From: Terriglobia bacterium
GTDB taxonomy: Bacteria; Acidobacteriota; Terriglobia; Terriglobales; Acidobacteriaceae
DNA length: 64,000 nt
NCBI GenBank assembly: GCA_963797385.1
Contig: CAWCPY010000017.1
Location: 1,335 to 65,334 of the forward strand
Reading direction: 5' to 3'
Positions 8,027 through 16,923 of this stretch are shown here, one piece after another. The notes below the pieces were generated by a model. The model saw only the letters and a program-made list of their open reading frames with translations. It was not told the DNA's origin and did no database searches. Positions within the stretch are counted from its first letter, which is position 1. Each line of letters starts with the position of its first letter. A program made the position numbers and the translations under genes.

Positions 8027-10713
8027 ATGGCAATTCGTTGGGAAAAACTTACGGTGAAGGCACAAGAAGCGGTCCAGCGGGGCAACGACCTCGCCTCCGA
8101 GCACGGCAATCCTGAACTGTTGCCTCTGCACTTGCTGGCGGCTCTACTTGAGGACAAAGAAGGAATTGTGCAACCCGTGCTGGAAAAAATTGGCATCGGT
8201 CCCCAAGCCGTACTGAGCGAGACTTATCGCGAGATCGAACGCCTGCCTAAAGTTTCCGGCGGCGGAGCGGCCCAGGCCACGCTGTCCAAAGCGGCCAACG
8301 ATCTTCTCGACCGGGCCTTCAAGGAAGCGGCCAACTTCAAGGACGAATATGTTTCGACCGAGCACCTGCTGCTGGCCATCACGCACCTGAAAAAGGACCC
8401 CAGCCAGGAAATCCTGGCCCGGCAGGGCGCCACTTACGATGCCATTCTCAAGGCCCTAACCTCGGTGCGCGGCTCCCAGAAAGTGACGGACCAGAATCCC
8501 GAAGCCAAGTACCAGGCGCTGGAACGCTACGCTCGCGACCTGACGGAGCAGGCGCGGCGGGGGAAACTTGATCCGGTCATCGGACGTGACGAAGAAATCC
8601 GCCGCGTGGTGCAGGTGCTCTCCCGACGTACCAAGAACAATCCGGTGCTGATCGGCGAGCCCGGCGTGGGCAAGACCGCCATCGTCGAAGGCCTGGCCCA
8701 GCGCATCATCTCCGGCGACGTGCCCGAGGCCCTCAAGAACAAACGCGTGGTGGCGCTCGATCTCGGCTCCATGCTCGCGGGAGCGAAGTTTCGCGGCGAA
8801 TTTGAAGACCGCCTCAAGGCGGTGCTCAAGGAAATCGAAGACTCGCAGGGAAAAATCATCCTGTTCATCGACGAACTGCACACCCTGGTGGGCGCGGGTG
8901 CGGCGGAGGGCGCGATTGACGCTTCCAACATGCTGAAGCCGGCGCTGGCCCGCGGCGAGTTGCGCGCCGTCGGCGCCACCACGCTCAACGAGTATCGCAA
9001 GTACATCGAAAAAGATACCGCGCTCGAACGCCGCTTCCAGATTGTGTTTGTCGGGGAACCGAACGTCGAGGACACCATCGCCATTCTTCGCGGGCTGAAG
9101 GAACGCTACGAAGTGCATCACGGAGTACGCATCAAGGACTCCGCCATCGTGGCAGCGGCCACCTTGTCGCACCGCTATATCTCGGACCGATTCCTGCCCG
9201 ACAAAGCCATCGACCTGATCGACGAAGCGGCGGCCTCGCTGCGCATCCAGATCGATTCCATGCCCACCGAAATCGACCAACTGGAACGCCGCGCCACGCA
9301 GCTGGAGATCGAAAAGCAGGCGCTCAAGAAAGAGAGCGACCCCAACTCCAAAGAGCGTTTGGCGGTAATCGAGAAAGAGCTGGCGGAACTGCGGGAAAAA
9401 TCCCATGCGCTGAAAGCCAACTGGAAGCAGGAAAAGGACCTGATTGCCCGGACTCGAACGCTCAAGGAGAAAATTGAGCAGCTCAAGATCGAAGAGCAGG
9501 GGGAAGAGCGCAAAGGCAACCTGCAACGAGTGGCGGAGATACGCTACGGTTGCTGGTGCAGGCCGAAGAAGAACTGAAGAAGCTGACGGCGCAGATGGAC
9601 GGGGCTGCTCCGGGCAAATCCGCGCCCGGCAAGGCGGGCGATGGCGCCCGCCCCACACGGATGCTGAAAGAAGAAGTGGACGAGGAAGACGTGGCCCGCA
9701 TCGTCTCCAAGTGGACTGGCATTCCGGTCTCGAAGATGCTCGAAGGCGAAGTCAAGAAGCTGGTCACCATGGAAGAGCGCCTGCGGCAGCGCGTGGTCGG
9801 CCAGGACGCCGCGCTTGAACGTGTGGCCAACGCCATCCGCCGCTCGCGCGCCGGCTTGAGCGATCCCAAGCGGCCCATCGGGTCATTTATTTTCCTCGGG
9901 CCGACGGGCGTGGGCAAGACCGAACTGGCCCGCGCTCTGGCCGAGTTCCTGTTCGACGATGAGCACTCCATGGTGCGCATCGACATGTCGGAGTACATGG
10001 AGAAACACGCGGTCTCGCGCTTGATCGGCGCGCCTCCCGGCTATGTGGGCTACGAAGAAGGCGGACAGCTCACGGAGCAGGTGCGGCGGCGCCCCTACGC
10101 GGTTGTGCTGTTCGACGAAATCGAGAAGGCGCATCCGGATGTGTTCAACGTCCTGCTGCAGATGATGGATGATGGCCGCCTGACTGACGGCCGGGGCCGC
10201 ACTGTGGATTTCCGCAATACGGTCATTATCATGACTTCGAACATCGGCTCTGCCTTCCTGCAGTCCGAAGGTTTGCGATCCGACAAAGAGTTCGACGAGG
10301 CCTCAAAGCAGGTGATGAATGCCCTGCACAGCCACTTCAAGCCGGAGTTCCTGAACCGCGTGGACGACATCATCGTCTTCCGTCCGCTGGGCAAAGAGCA
10401 GTTGGTGAAGATTATCGAGCTGCGGCTGGAAGACGTTCGCCGGCTGCTGGCCGATCGAAAGATTTCACTCGAGTTGACCGATGCGGCCAAAGACCTGCTG
10501 TTCACCGAAGGCTTCGATCCCAACTTCGGGGCGCGTCCGCTGAAGCGGGCGATTCAGAAGCTGGTGCAGGACCCGCTGGCGCTGAAGATCCTGGACGGCG
10601 AGGTGCTGCACGGCGATCACGTGGTCGTAGACGCCGACAAGAAAACCGGCAGGATGGTATTCGAAGTCAGCAAGCGTGTGGGCGAGAAAGAACCGGCCAA
10701 GGCAAAGCGTTAA
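8027..10713 (+). CDS. clpB: ATP-dependent chaperone ClpB, split by an apparent 1-nt deletion near 9550
   Basis: ORF 8027..9577 carries the N-domain, NBD1 (GEPGVGKTA) and the first half of the M-domain, ending ...VAEIRYG. ORF 9550..10713 continues [12 protein letters not shown]..., NBD2 (GPTGVGKTE) and the C-terminal domain. The two frames overlap by one base at TACGGTTGCTG. Confidence 0.9.
9603..9658. repeat. REP-like GC hairpins inside the clpB coding sequence
   Basis: CCGGGCAAATCCGCGCCCGG and GGCGGGCGATGGCGCCCGCCCCACAC. The second matches the intergenic unit GGCGGGCGAGGGCGCCCGCCCCACAC. It encodes ...[16 protein letters not shown], which E. coli ClpB lacks as I recall that protein. Confidence 0.65.
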
Positions 10714-10720
10714 CCAAGGA

Positions 10721-10833
10721 CCGCGTGGGGACAGCCGCCCCCGGCTGTCCGGCGGAGCGAAGCTCCGCTTTCATGGCGCAACAAATGTCGAGCTCCGCTC
10801 GACTGGACAGCCGGGGCGGCTGTCCCCACGCGG
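10721..10833. repeat. four-hairpin REP-like element, full copy
   Basis: CGCGTGGGGACAGCCGCCCCCGGCTGTCC GGCGGAGCGAAGCTCCGC ... GTCGAGCTCCGCTCGAC TGGACAGCCGGGGCGGCTGTCCCCACGCGG. Confidence 0.9.
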
Positions 10834-10882
10834 CCTGTGGTCGTCATTGCCCAATTTCCCTTTTCGCCTTACCATCCAGTCA

Positions 10883-11926
10883 GTGGCTACCGCCAAAAAC
10901 ATTCCCGACGTGAAGCAGCGAATCGTGTCGGCGGCGCCGGTCGAGGACGATTCATCCTTTGAGCTGAAACTCAGGCCCCAGCGGCTGGCGGAATTCATCG
11001 GTCAGCCCAAGGTCAAAGAAAATCTGGCAGTCGCGATTGAAGCGGCCAGATCACGCGGCGAGGCTTTGGACCACGTTCTGCTGTACGGCCCGCCCGGGCT
11101 GGGCAAGACTACGCTTGCCACCATCATCGCCAATGAACTGGCTGTTCCTTTCCAGCAGACTTCCGGGCCGACGCTGCAAATCAAGGGCGATCTGACCGCC
11201 ATCCTGACCAATGTGCGCGATAAACAAGTGCTCTTTATCGACGAGGTCCACCGGCTGCAGCCGGCGCTCGAGGAGATTCTGTACTCGGCGCTCGAAGACT
11301 ACAAGCTGGACATCATGATCGGGCAGGGGCCATCGGCGCGCACTCACACCATGGATGTGAAGCCGTTTACTTTTATTGGAGCTACCACCCGCGCCGGGCT
11401 GCTGTCCTCGCCCTTGCGGTCGCGTTTCGGCATCGTCCTGCGGCTGCAGTTTTATACCCACGAGGACTTGCGCATCATCGTGGAGCGTTCGGCGGAGATT
11501 CTCGCTATCGGAATCGACCACGCTGGAGCGCTCGAAATTGCCAGCCGCTCCCGCGGAACTCCGCGCATCGCCAACCGTCTGTTGCGCCGGGTGCGCGACT
11601 ACGCCCAGGTGCGGGGAGCGGGAAAGATTGATTTGCCCACTGCCCAGGCCGCGCTGCAGATGCTGGAAGTCGATCGTCACGGCTTCGACGAAGTGGACCG
11701 CAAGCTGCTGCTGACCATCATCGAGAAATATCAGGGCGGCCCGGTGGGCGTGAACACGCTGGCCGCAGCCCTGGCCGAGGAGCAGGACGCAATTGAAGAA
11801 ATCTACGAACCGTTCCTGATCCAGATTGGCTTCCTGAACCGCACGCCGCGGGGACGCGTGGCCACACAATTAGCTTACGAGCACTTTGGGATCACTCCCA
11901 ATCGAAAACAGAGTTCGTTGTTCTAG
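10883..11926 (+). CDS. ruvB: Holliday junction branch migration helicase RuvB
   Basis: Walker [10 protein letters not shown] and RuvB-type AAA+ and winged-helix regions. GTG 10883 was chosen as start because the upstream part of ORF 10676..11926 runs through clpB and a REP element. Confidence 0.9.
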   Translation: MATAKNIPDVKQRIVSAAPVEDDSSFELKLRPQRLAEFIGQPKVKENLAVAIEAARSRGEALDHVLLYGPPGLGKTTLATIIANELAVPFQQTSGPTLQIKGDLTAILTNVRDKQVLFIDEVHRLQPALEEILYSALEDYKLDIMIGQGPSARTHTMDVKPFTFIGATTRAGLLSSPLRSRFGIVLRLQFYTHEDLRIIVERSAEILAIGIDHAGALEIASRSRGTPRIANRLLRRVRDYAQVRGAGKIDLPTAQAALQMLEVDRHGFDEVDRKLLLTIIEKYQGGPVGVNTLAAALAEEQDAIEEIYEPFLIQIGFLNRTPRGRVATQLAYEHFGITPNRKQSSLF

Positions 11927-12098
11927 TCGTCGAACTAGTCGTCAGTCTTCAGTCTTCAGAAAAGCTAGACGACAACGGACGATTGGGGACTCAAGACTGA
12001 TTCTTATGAGTTGTTTATTCTAGTCGTCAGTGATCAGTTGTCAGTTCTCAGAAAAACCAGACTCTGCTGACGACTGAAGACCGACGACTGACGACTGG
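11923..12098. repeat. heptamer-periodic imperfect palindromes
   Basis: The arms are built of degenerate 7-mers (GTCGTCA GTCTTCA GTCTTCA; GTCGTCA GTGATCA GTTGTCA GTTCTCA). The complementary 7-mers (CTGACGA CTGAAGA CCGACGA CTGACGA) lie downstream. Confidence 0.7.
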
Positions 12099-12103
12099 TT
12101 CCC

Positions 12104-12685
12104 ATGATTGCTCATCTGCGCGGAAAGCTGCTGGCCAAGCATCCCAACCAGGCCATCGTTGAGACCGGCGGCGTCGGATATGACGTGGTCATCAGCGTTC
12201 CTACATTTTCTGATCTGCCCGCAATCGGCGGCGAGGTTGCGCTGCACATCCACACCCATGTGCGGGAAGACGCGCTCGCGCTCTACGGATTTCTGCATTC
12301 GTCCGAGAAGGCACTGTTTGAAAAACTGATCACGGTAAGCGGCATCGGACCCAAGCTGGCCATCACCATTCTGAGTGGCATGGCGGCTGACGAGATGATC
12401 AACGCGATCCGCGGCAACGACATCGCACGGCTCACCCGAATTCCCGGCATCGGCAAGAAAACCGCCGAGCGCATGGTGCTCGAACTGCGCGACAGGCTGG
12501 CCCTCGAAAAACACGGAGAGATTGCGGCCGCACCCGCACTGAGCTCAGTAGAAGAAGACGTGCTCTCGGCGCTGGTGAACCTGGGGTATCAGCGCGCGGC
12601 GGCAGAGAAGGCATTGGCCTCGGTCTCCAAAAGCGGCCAGTTCGACGCCATGTTCCGCGCCGCCCTGGCCGGCCTCACCAAATAG
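12104..12685 (+). CDS. ruvA: Holliday junction DNA helicase subunit RuvA
   Basis: OB-fold N-terminus and two helix-hairpin-helix motifs (VSGIGPKLA, IPGIGKKTAERM). Confidence 0.9.
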   Translation: MIAHLRGKLLAKHPNQAIVETGGVGYDVVISVPTFSDLPAIGGEVALHIHTHVREDALALYGFLHSSEKALFEKLITVSGIGPKLAITILSGMAADEMINAIRGNDIARLTRIPGIGKKTAERMVLELRDRLALEKHGEIAAAPALSSVEEDVLSALVNLGYQRAAAEKALASVSKSGQFDAMFRAALAGLTK

Positions 12686-14146
12686 CTACTTTCCGATGCA
12701 GAACCTGCTGAAGATCAGATTCATGATGTCATCGTTGGTGGTGGCCCCGGTGATCTCATCCAGCGGACGCAGTGCGCTGTACAGATCGAGCAGGACCATC
12801 TCGTGCGGGATTTTACTTCGCGCCGCGTTCACCGCCGCGTCAAGCCCGGACAGCGAGTCGCGCACCAGGCCCTGATGGCGCGTGTTGGTAAGGAAGCCAG
12901 TTTCGCGGCTGCCTTCTAACTCTCCTCCTGCGTGGCGCAGGATCTCGGCGCGCAGCCCAGGAATACCTTCTGCCGTCAGCGCCGACACTCGAACGCGCTG
13001 CAACTGGGAACCGGGAACCTGAAACTGGGAACTGATTTTGTCGGACTTGTTTTCCACCAGAATGGCCTTTCGCTGTGCCACCAGCTCCAGCAACCGGAAA
13101 TCTTCCGCTCCGGCCGGTTCAGAAGAATCCAGCACCACCAATACCAGGTCTGCTTCGGCCAGGGCTTCCATCGATTTGCGAATGCCGATGTCTTCCGCTT
13201 CATCAAGGGCGCGCCGGATGCCGGCAGTATCGACCAGCTTTACAGGAATACCCCCCAGCGCAACCGTTTCGGTCACCAGGTCGCGAGTAGTTCCAGGGGC
13301 AGAGGTGACGATGGCGCGGTCAGTCTCGACCAGGCGATTGAACAGGCTCGATTTGCCCACGTTGGGCCGGCCCACGATGGCGAGGGTCAGTCCCTCGTGG
13401 ACGAGCTTGCCATAAGCGAAGGAGGCGGCCAGCTCTTCCAGCGGGGCTCGAAGCACAGAGATGTGGGCAAGGATTTGCTCCGCCGGAAGGACCGAGACGT
13501 CGTCCTCGGCGAAATCGATGCCCGCTTCGAGCAGAGCGATCAATTCCACCAGCTTCTGTTTGATGGGCTGGAGCCGGCGGGAGAGTGCGCCCTCAAGTTG
13601 CTGGGCTGCGACCTTGGCCTGATAAAGCGTTTGCGACTCGATCAGATCGCGGACAGCTTCGGCTTGGGTCAGATCGATGCGACCATTCAGAAACGCGCGC
13701 ATGGTGAACTCACCCGGCTCGGCCAGTCGTGCTCCTCGCGCCAGAGCCAGTTCGACCACGTGGCGCAGCACCACGGGAGAGCCGTGGGCCGAGATTTCGA
13801 TGATGTCATCCGTAGTGTAGGAATGAGGCGCGGCGAAGTAGGTGACGACCACTTCGTCGATGCGCTGACTCTGCCGGTGGGTGCGAGTGTGTGGAGCGGG
13901 CGCCCCCGCCCGCTGCTTTTGTTCTTCTGCCTCTGAATCGCTGCCGGCTTCCAGGCGGGCGAGGGCGCCCGCCCCACAGGGTTCCACCAACTCTCCAAAC
14001 ACCGCTTGCCCGGGCGCAAGTTCGTGCTTCAGGCGCAGCATGGGCGCGGCAATCGTGCGTGCGTCAGGCCCGGCAATGCGCACAACCCCGATGCCGCCAC
14101 GGCCGGGCGGTGTGGCGATGGCGACGATAGTGTCGTCGAGGTTCAC
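12686..14146 (-). CDS. mnmE: tRNA modification GTPase MnmE, carrying a 31-codon repeat-derived insertion
   Basis: G-domain motifs [15 protein letters not shown] and NKSD. C-terminal CIGK. N-terminal [14 protein letters not shown]. Confidence 0.9.
   Translation of the reverse strand: MNLDDTIVAIATPPGRGGIGVVRIAGPDARTIAAPMLRLKHELAPGQAVFGELVEPCGAGALARLEAGSDSEAEEQKQRAGAPAPHTRTHRQSQRIDEVVVTYFAAPHSYTTDDIIEISAHGSPVVLRHVVELALARGARLAEPGEFTMRAFLNGRIDLTQAEAVRDLIESQTLYQAKVAAQQLEGALSRRLQPIKQKLVELIALLEAGIDFAEDDVSVLPAEQILAHISVLRAPLEELAASFAYGKLVHEGLTLAIVGRPNVGKSSLFNRLVETDRAIVTSAPGTTRDLVTETVALGGIPVKLVDTAGIRRALDEAEDIGIRKSMEALAEADLVLVVLDSSEPAGAEDFRLLELVAQRKAILVENKSDKISSQFQVPGSQLQRVRVSALTAEGIPGLRAEILRHAGGELEGSRETGFLTNTRHQGLVRDSLSGLDAAVNAARSKIPHEMVLLDLYSALRPLDEITGATTNDDIMNLIFSRFCIGK
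13887..13979. repeat. 93-bp GC-hairpin MITE-like element inserted in-frame in mnmE
   Basis: GTGTGGAGCGGGCGCCCCCGCCCGCTGCTTTTG ... GGCGGGCGAGGGCGCCCGCCCCACAG. The termini match the intergenic elements at 20919-21053 and 17632-17778. Confidence 0.8.
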
Positions 14147-14192
14147 GGGAAGATTGTAGCGGGTGAAGGCAGTTTTCGCGGGGAGGCAGATA

Positions 14193-14239
14193 GCCGAGCG
14201 TTGCTCGGCATGGACGGGTCAGAGACCCGTCCCCACACG
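14193..14239. repeat. half REP-like element
   Basis: GCCGAGCGTTGCTCGGC followed by GGACGGGTCAGAGACCCGTCC and CCACAC. Confidence 0.7.
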
Positions 14240-14248
14240 GGCAACTAG

Positions 14249-14788
14249 TCAGGGCAGGGTTTTCCGCGGGGGCTTGGCCGCCGCGGGCTTGTAATTTTCC
14301 GGATAGACGACTACGTAGCGGCGCATTCCTTCGCCTTCGCTTTGGGTACGCAGGTCGCTTTGATCGCGCAAAGCCAGGTGGACGATGCGGCGCTCGCGCG
14401 ATGACATAGGGGCAAACTCGTATGGCATTTTGGTCTTGCGCACTCTGTCTGCCGCCACCCCGGCCGCCAGGCGCAGCTCTTCCAGCCGCATGCCGCGATG
14501 GTTCATGCAGTCGAAGCAGATTTTCTCGTGCTCATTACCGGCCAGGCGGAGCATTTCGAGCGCGAGGAATTCAATGGAGCGCAGCAGTTCGCCGCCCCGC
14601 TCCAGGAGCAATGGCGAGTCCGGGCCCACGAACTCCACCAGAATTTCGGGACGCTCCCAGTCCCGCTGCTCGGCCAGCGGCGGGTCCACGGTGATGCGGT
14701 ACTTCAGGCGCAATCCACCGTTGGCGACAATACCTTTCAGCAGGTCGTTGATCTTATTGGCAGCGGCGATCTTGTCGGGAATGGACAC
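14249..14788 (-). CDS. jag: Jag/KhpB-type RNA-binding protein (KH + R3H)
   Basis: C-terminal R3H motif (ERRIVHLALRD). It occupies the conserved position downstream of yidC. Confidence 0.8.
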   Translation of the reverse strand: MSIPDKIAAANKINDLLKGIVANGGLRLKYRITVDPPLAEQRDWERPEILVEFVGPDSPLLLERGGELLRSIEFLALEMLRLAGNEHEKICFDCMNHRGMRLEELRLAAGVAADRVRKTKMPYEFAPMSSRERRIVHLALRDQSDLRTQSEGEGMRRYVVVYPENYKPAAAKPPRKTLP

Positions 14789-14790
14789 AG

Positions 14791-14872
14791 GCTTCTAGCT
14801 CCTGGCTGCTAGCTTCCAGCTATCGCCTCCGGCCAACGTTTGGCTAGAAGCCAGCAGCTAGAAGCTAGAAGC
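14791..14872. repeat. heptamer-periodic palindrome between jag and yidC
   Basis: Left arm GCTTCTA GCTCCTG GCTGCTA GCTTCCA. Right arm GGCTAGA AGCCAGC AGCTAGA AGCTAGA. The arms are imperfectly complementary. Confidence 0.7.
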
Positions 14873-16633
14873 TCACTTATCTTTCTTCCTCGCCCGCTTC
14901 AGCGCGATCTCCCGCATTTCGCGGCCCAGGCTGGTACGGTTCATCACTGCCTGCTGGGCAATAGCGATCAGGTTGCCCTCGGACCAGTACAGGCACAGGC
15001 CCGCCGCCAGGTTCCAGCTGATGACGCCCAACATCAGCGGCATCATGAAGGTCATCATTTTTTGCTGCGACGGGTCCATACCCGGCTGGGGCGTCATACG
15101 TTGCGTGAGCAGCATGGTGATGATAATTCCGATGGGCAACAGATGCCACGGGTCGGGCGAAGATAGATCGTGGATCCAGAGCCAGTGCGCCTGCCGCAGG
15201 TCCAGGGCCGCGCCCAGCATGCTGTAGTAGGCAAACAGGAACGGCATCTGGATGACCATGGGCAGGCATCCGCCCACCGGATTCACGCCCTCCGCCTTGT
15301 ACAGCGCAGAGACCTCCTGGTTCATCTCCTGCTTGCGCGGATCGCGCATGCTGTACTTCTTGTACTTTTCCTGGATGGCCTTGATCTGCGGCGCCACCTT
15401 CTGCATCTTGAGCGCGGATTTCATGCTGGAGACGCGCAAGGGCAGCAGGGCCACATTGATGATCAGGGTCTGGATGACAATGGCCCAGCCCCAGTTGTGC
15501 ACCCAGCCGAAGGTCCACTTGAGCCAGAGGAACAAGGGACGGGCGATCACACCGAAGAAACCAAAATTGATCAGGGCACGCAGGTCCGGCGGCGCCCCGG
15601 TCAAGGTGGGCACTGCCACAGCTTCGAGTACGCCGAGTGATTTGGGCCCTACGTACAGGCGTTCGACGCTGGGTCCGCGAAGATTGCCTACGCCGACTCC
15701 CAGAACGTCTTCCTTGATCGTCTCCTGGGGATTGGGGTTCTTCGCATTCTTGGGCACTTCAATCTGGTGCCGCAGCGTGACCATGGCTGCGTTCTGGATG
15801 TCTTCGGGCAGAAAGACCGCGGCAAAATACTGGTCAACCACGCCGGCCCAGTTGAACGGACCCAGCAGAGTGGCCCCGCCGCTGACTTTCTTAATATCGA
15901 GGCGCTCGGTCTTGTCGTTGTACTGGTGCTCGATGCGGCTGCCGGCATAGGAGGACGGGCTCGACTGGTCGCCGAATCCGGCCGGCCACATGGGGTAGGC
16001 CGTGACCTGGCTGCCCTTTGAAACCACCGAGGTGTCGACATGGACAACGTAAGTGTGATCAAAGCTGAAAGTCTTGCGAACTGCCACATCCTGGTCGGCG
16101 TATTCGAAGGTGAGTTCGGCAGGGGCCTTCACGTTTCCTGATTCGGAGGCAAGATAAAGCGCTGAGTTCAATTTATTGCGCTGGGTCTCGTCGTAAGTCC
16201 ACAGCGACAGCGGGTATCCGTACTTCTCCGCCGCCTTGCTGACTAATTCGAGGGGCTTGCCCTGCTCGTCAAAGTACGTTTTGAGGATCCAGGACTTCAC
16301 CAGGCCGCCGCGGTTGGTGAAAGTAACGCGGTAAAGATCGTTTTCGATGACCGTGTCAGCTTCAGCTGCAGCCTGCTTGGTGACACCCTTGGCGGGAAGT
16401 GGGACCTGGGGCGTGGCGGGCACTGGAGCCGCCGGCTGAGCGGCTGGCTGGGTCGCCGGCTGAGTCGCCCGCTGAGCCGCGGCCGGAGTTTCGGGCGCAG
16501 GCGTGGCCGTCTGCGGCATGTACTTTTTCAGCAGAGGTTGAAACAGAATGATGACCAAAAAGGTGAGCGCGAACACCAGCAGCAGCCGGCGCTCCATGCC
16601 AGGATCTTGTTGAGGATTGTTGAAGTCAGGCAA
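14873..16633 (-). CDS. yidC: membrane protein insertase YidC
   Basis: 586 aa with an N-terminal TM, a large periplasmic domain and a YidC/Oxa1 core (PLFLWLKW..., GCLPMVIQMPFLFAYY). Confidence 0.92.
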   Translation of the reverse strand: MPDFNNPQQDPGMERRLLLVFALTFLVIILFQPLLKKYMPQTATPAPETPAAAQRATQPATQPAAQPAAPVPATPQVPLPAKGVTKQAAAEADTVIENDLYRVTFTNRGGLVKSWILKTYFDEQGKPLELVSKAAEKYGYPLSLWTYDETQRNKLNSALYLASESGNVKAPAELTFEYADQDVAVRKTFSFDHTYVVHVDTSVVSKGSQVTAYPMWPAGFGDQSSPSSYAGSRIEHQYNDKTERLDIKKVSGGATLLGPFNWAGVVDQYFAAVFLPEDIQNAAMVTLRHQIEVPKNAKNPNPQETIKEDVLGVGVGNLRGPSVERLYVGPKSLGVLEAVAVPTLTGAPPDLRALINFGFFGVIARPLFLWLKWTFGWVHNWGWAIVIQTLIINVALLPLRVSSMKSALKMQKVAPQIKAIQEKYKKYSMRDPRKQEMNQEVSALYKAEGVNPVGGCLPMVIQMPFLFAYYSMLGAALDLRQAHWLWIHDLSSPDPWHLLPIGIIITMLLTQRMTPQPGMDPSQQKMMTFMMPLMLGVISWNLAAGLCLYWSEGNLIAIAQQAVMNRTSLGREMREIALKRARKKDK

Positions 16634-16638
16634 ATTCG

Positions 16639-16923
16639 CTACTCAGTGACCGCACGACTGGCGGGCGGCGCCGCATTCGGCGTCACGCTGTAGTTGTTCA
16701 ATCGCACCACCGGATCATAACCGCCTCTAACAAAAGGATGACAGCGCAACACGCGCCACAGCGCTCTCAGGCCGCCGCGCAGCACGCCGTAGCGGTCCAC
16801 CGCTTCCATCGCGTACTCGGAGCAGCTGGGCACGTAGCGGCAGGCCGGAGGCAAGAGCGGCGAGAGCGCCCACTTGTATCCGCGTAACAGGAAGAGTACG
16901 AGGCTTCTGGCCCACCGGTTCAT
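16639..16923 (-). CDS. yidD: membrane protein insertion efficiency factor YidD
   Basis: Conserved YK..LSPLLPP.CRY.PSCSEYA motif. Confidence 0.85.
   Translation of the reverse strand: MNRWARSLVLFLLRGYKWALSPLLPPACRYVPSCSEYAMEAVDRYGVLRGGLRALWRVLRCHPFVRGGYDPVVRLNNYSVTPNAAPPASRAVTE

Noticed and set aside
9545-9580. Programmed ribosomal frameshift or internal translation start producing two ClpB polypeptides.
   Set aside because: There is no slippery heptamer or downstream pseudoknot at the junction. The known ClpB internal start lies near residue ~149, not in the M-domain. A single-base deletion in a T run is the simpler explanation.
10725-10913. Short ORFs with recurring peptides such as [14 protein letters not shown] / RGDSRPRLS (also 5757-6128, 25070-25288, 25105-25305, 25158-25385, 50723-50932, 62912-63145, 62983-63336).
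   Set aside because: They are translations of the four-hairpin REP-like repeats in different frames and strands. The similarity reflects nucleotide repeats, not a protein family.
12680-12692. The ruvA and mnmE stop codons abut (12685/12686) with no spacer, and ruvB precedes ruvA.
   Set aside because: This is merely compact convergent gene packing and an alternative gene order. I found no sequence feature suggesting special regulation.
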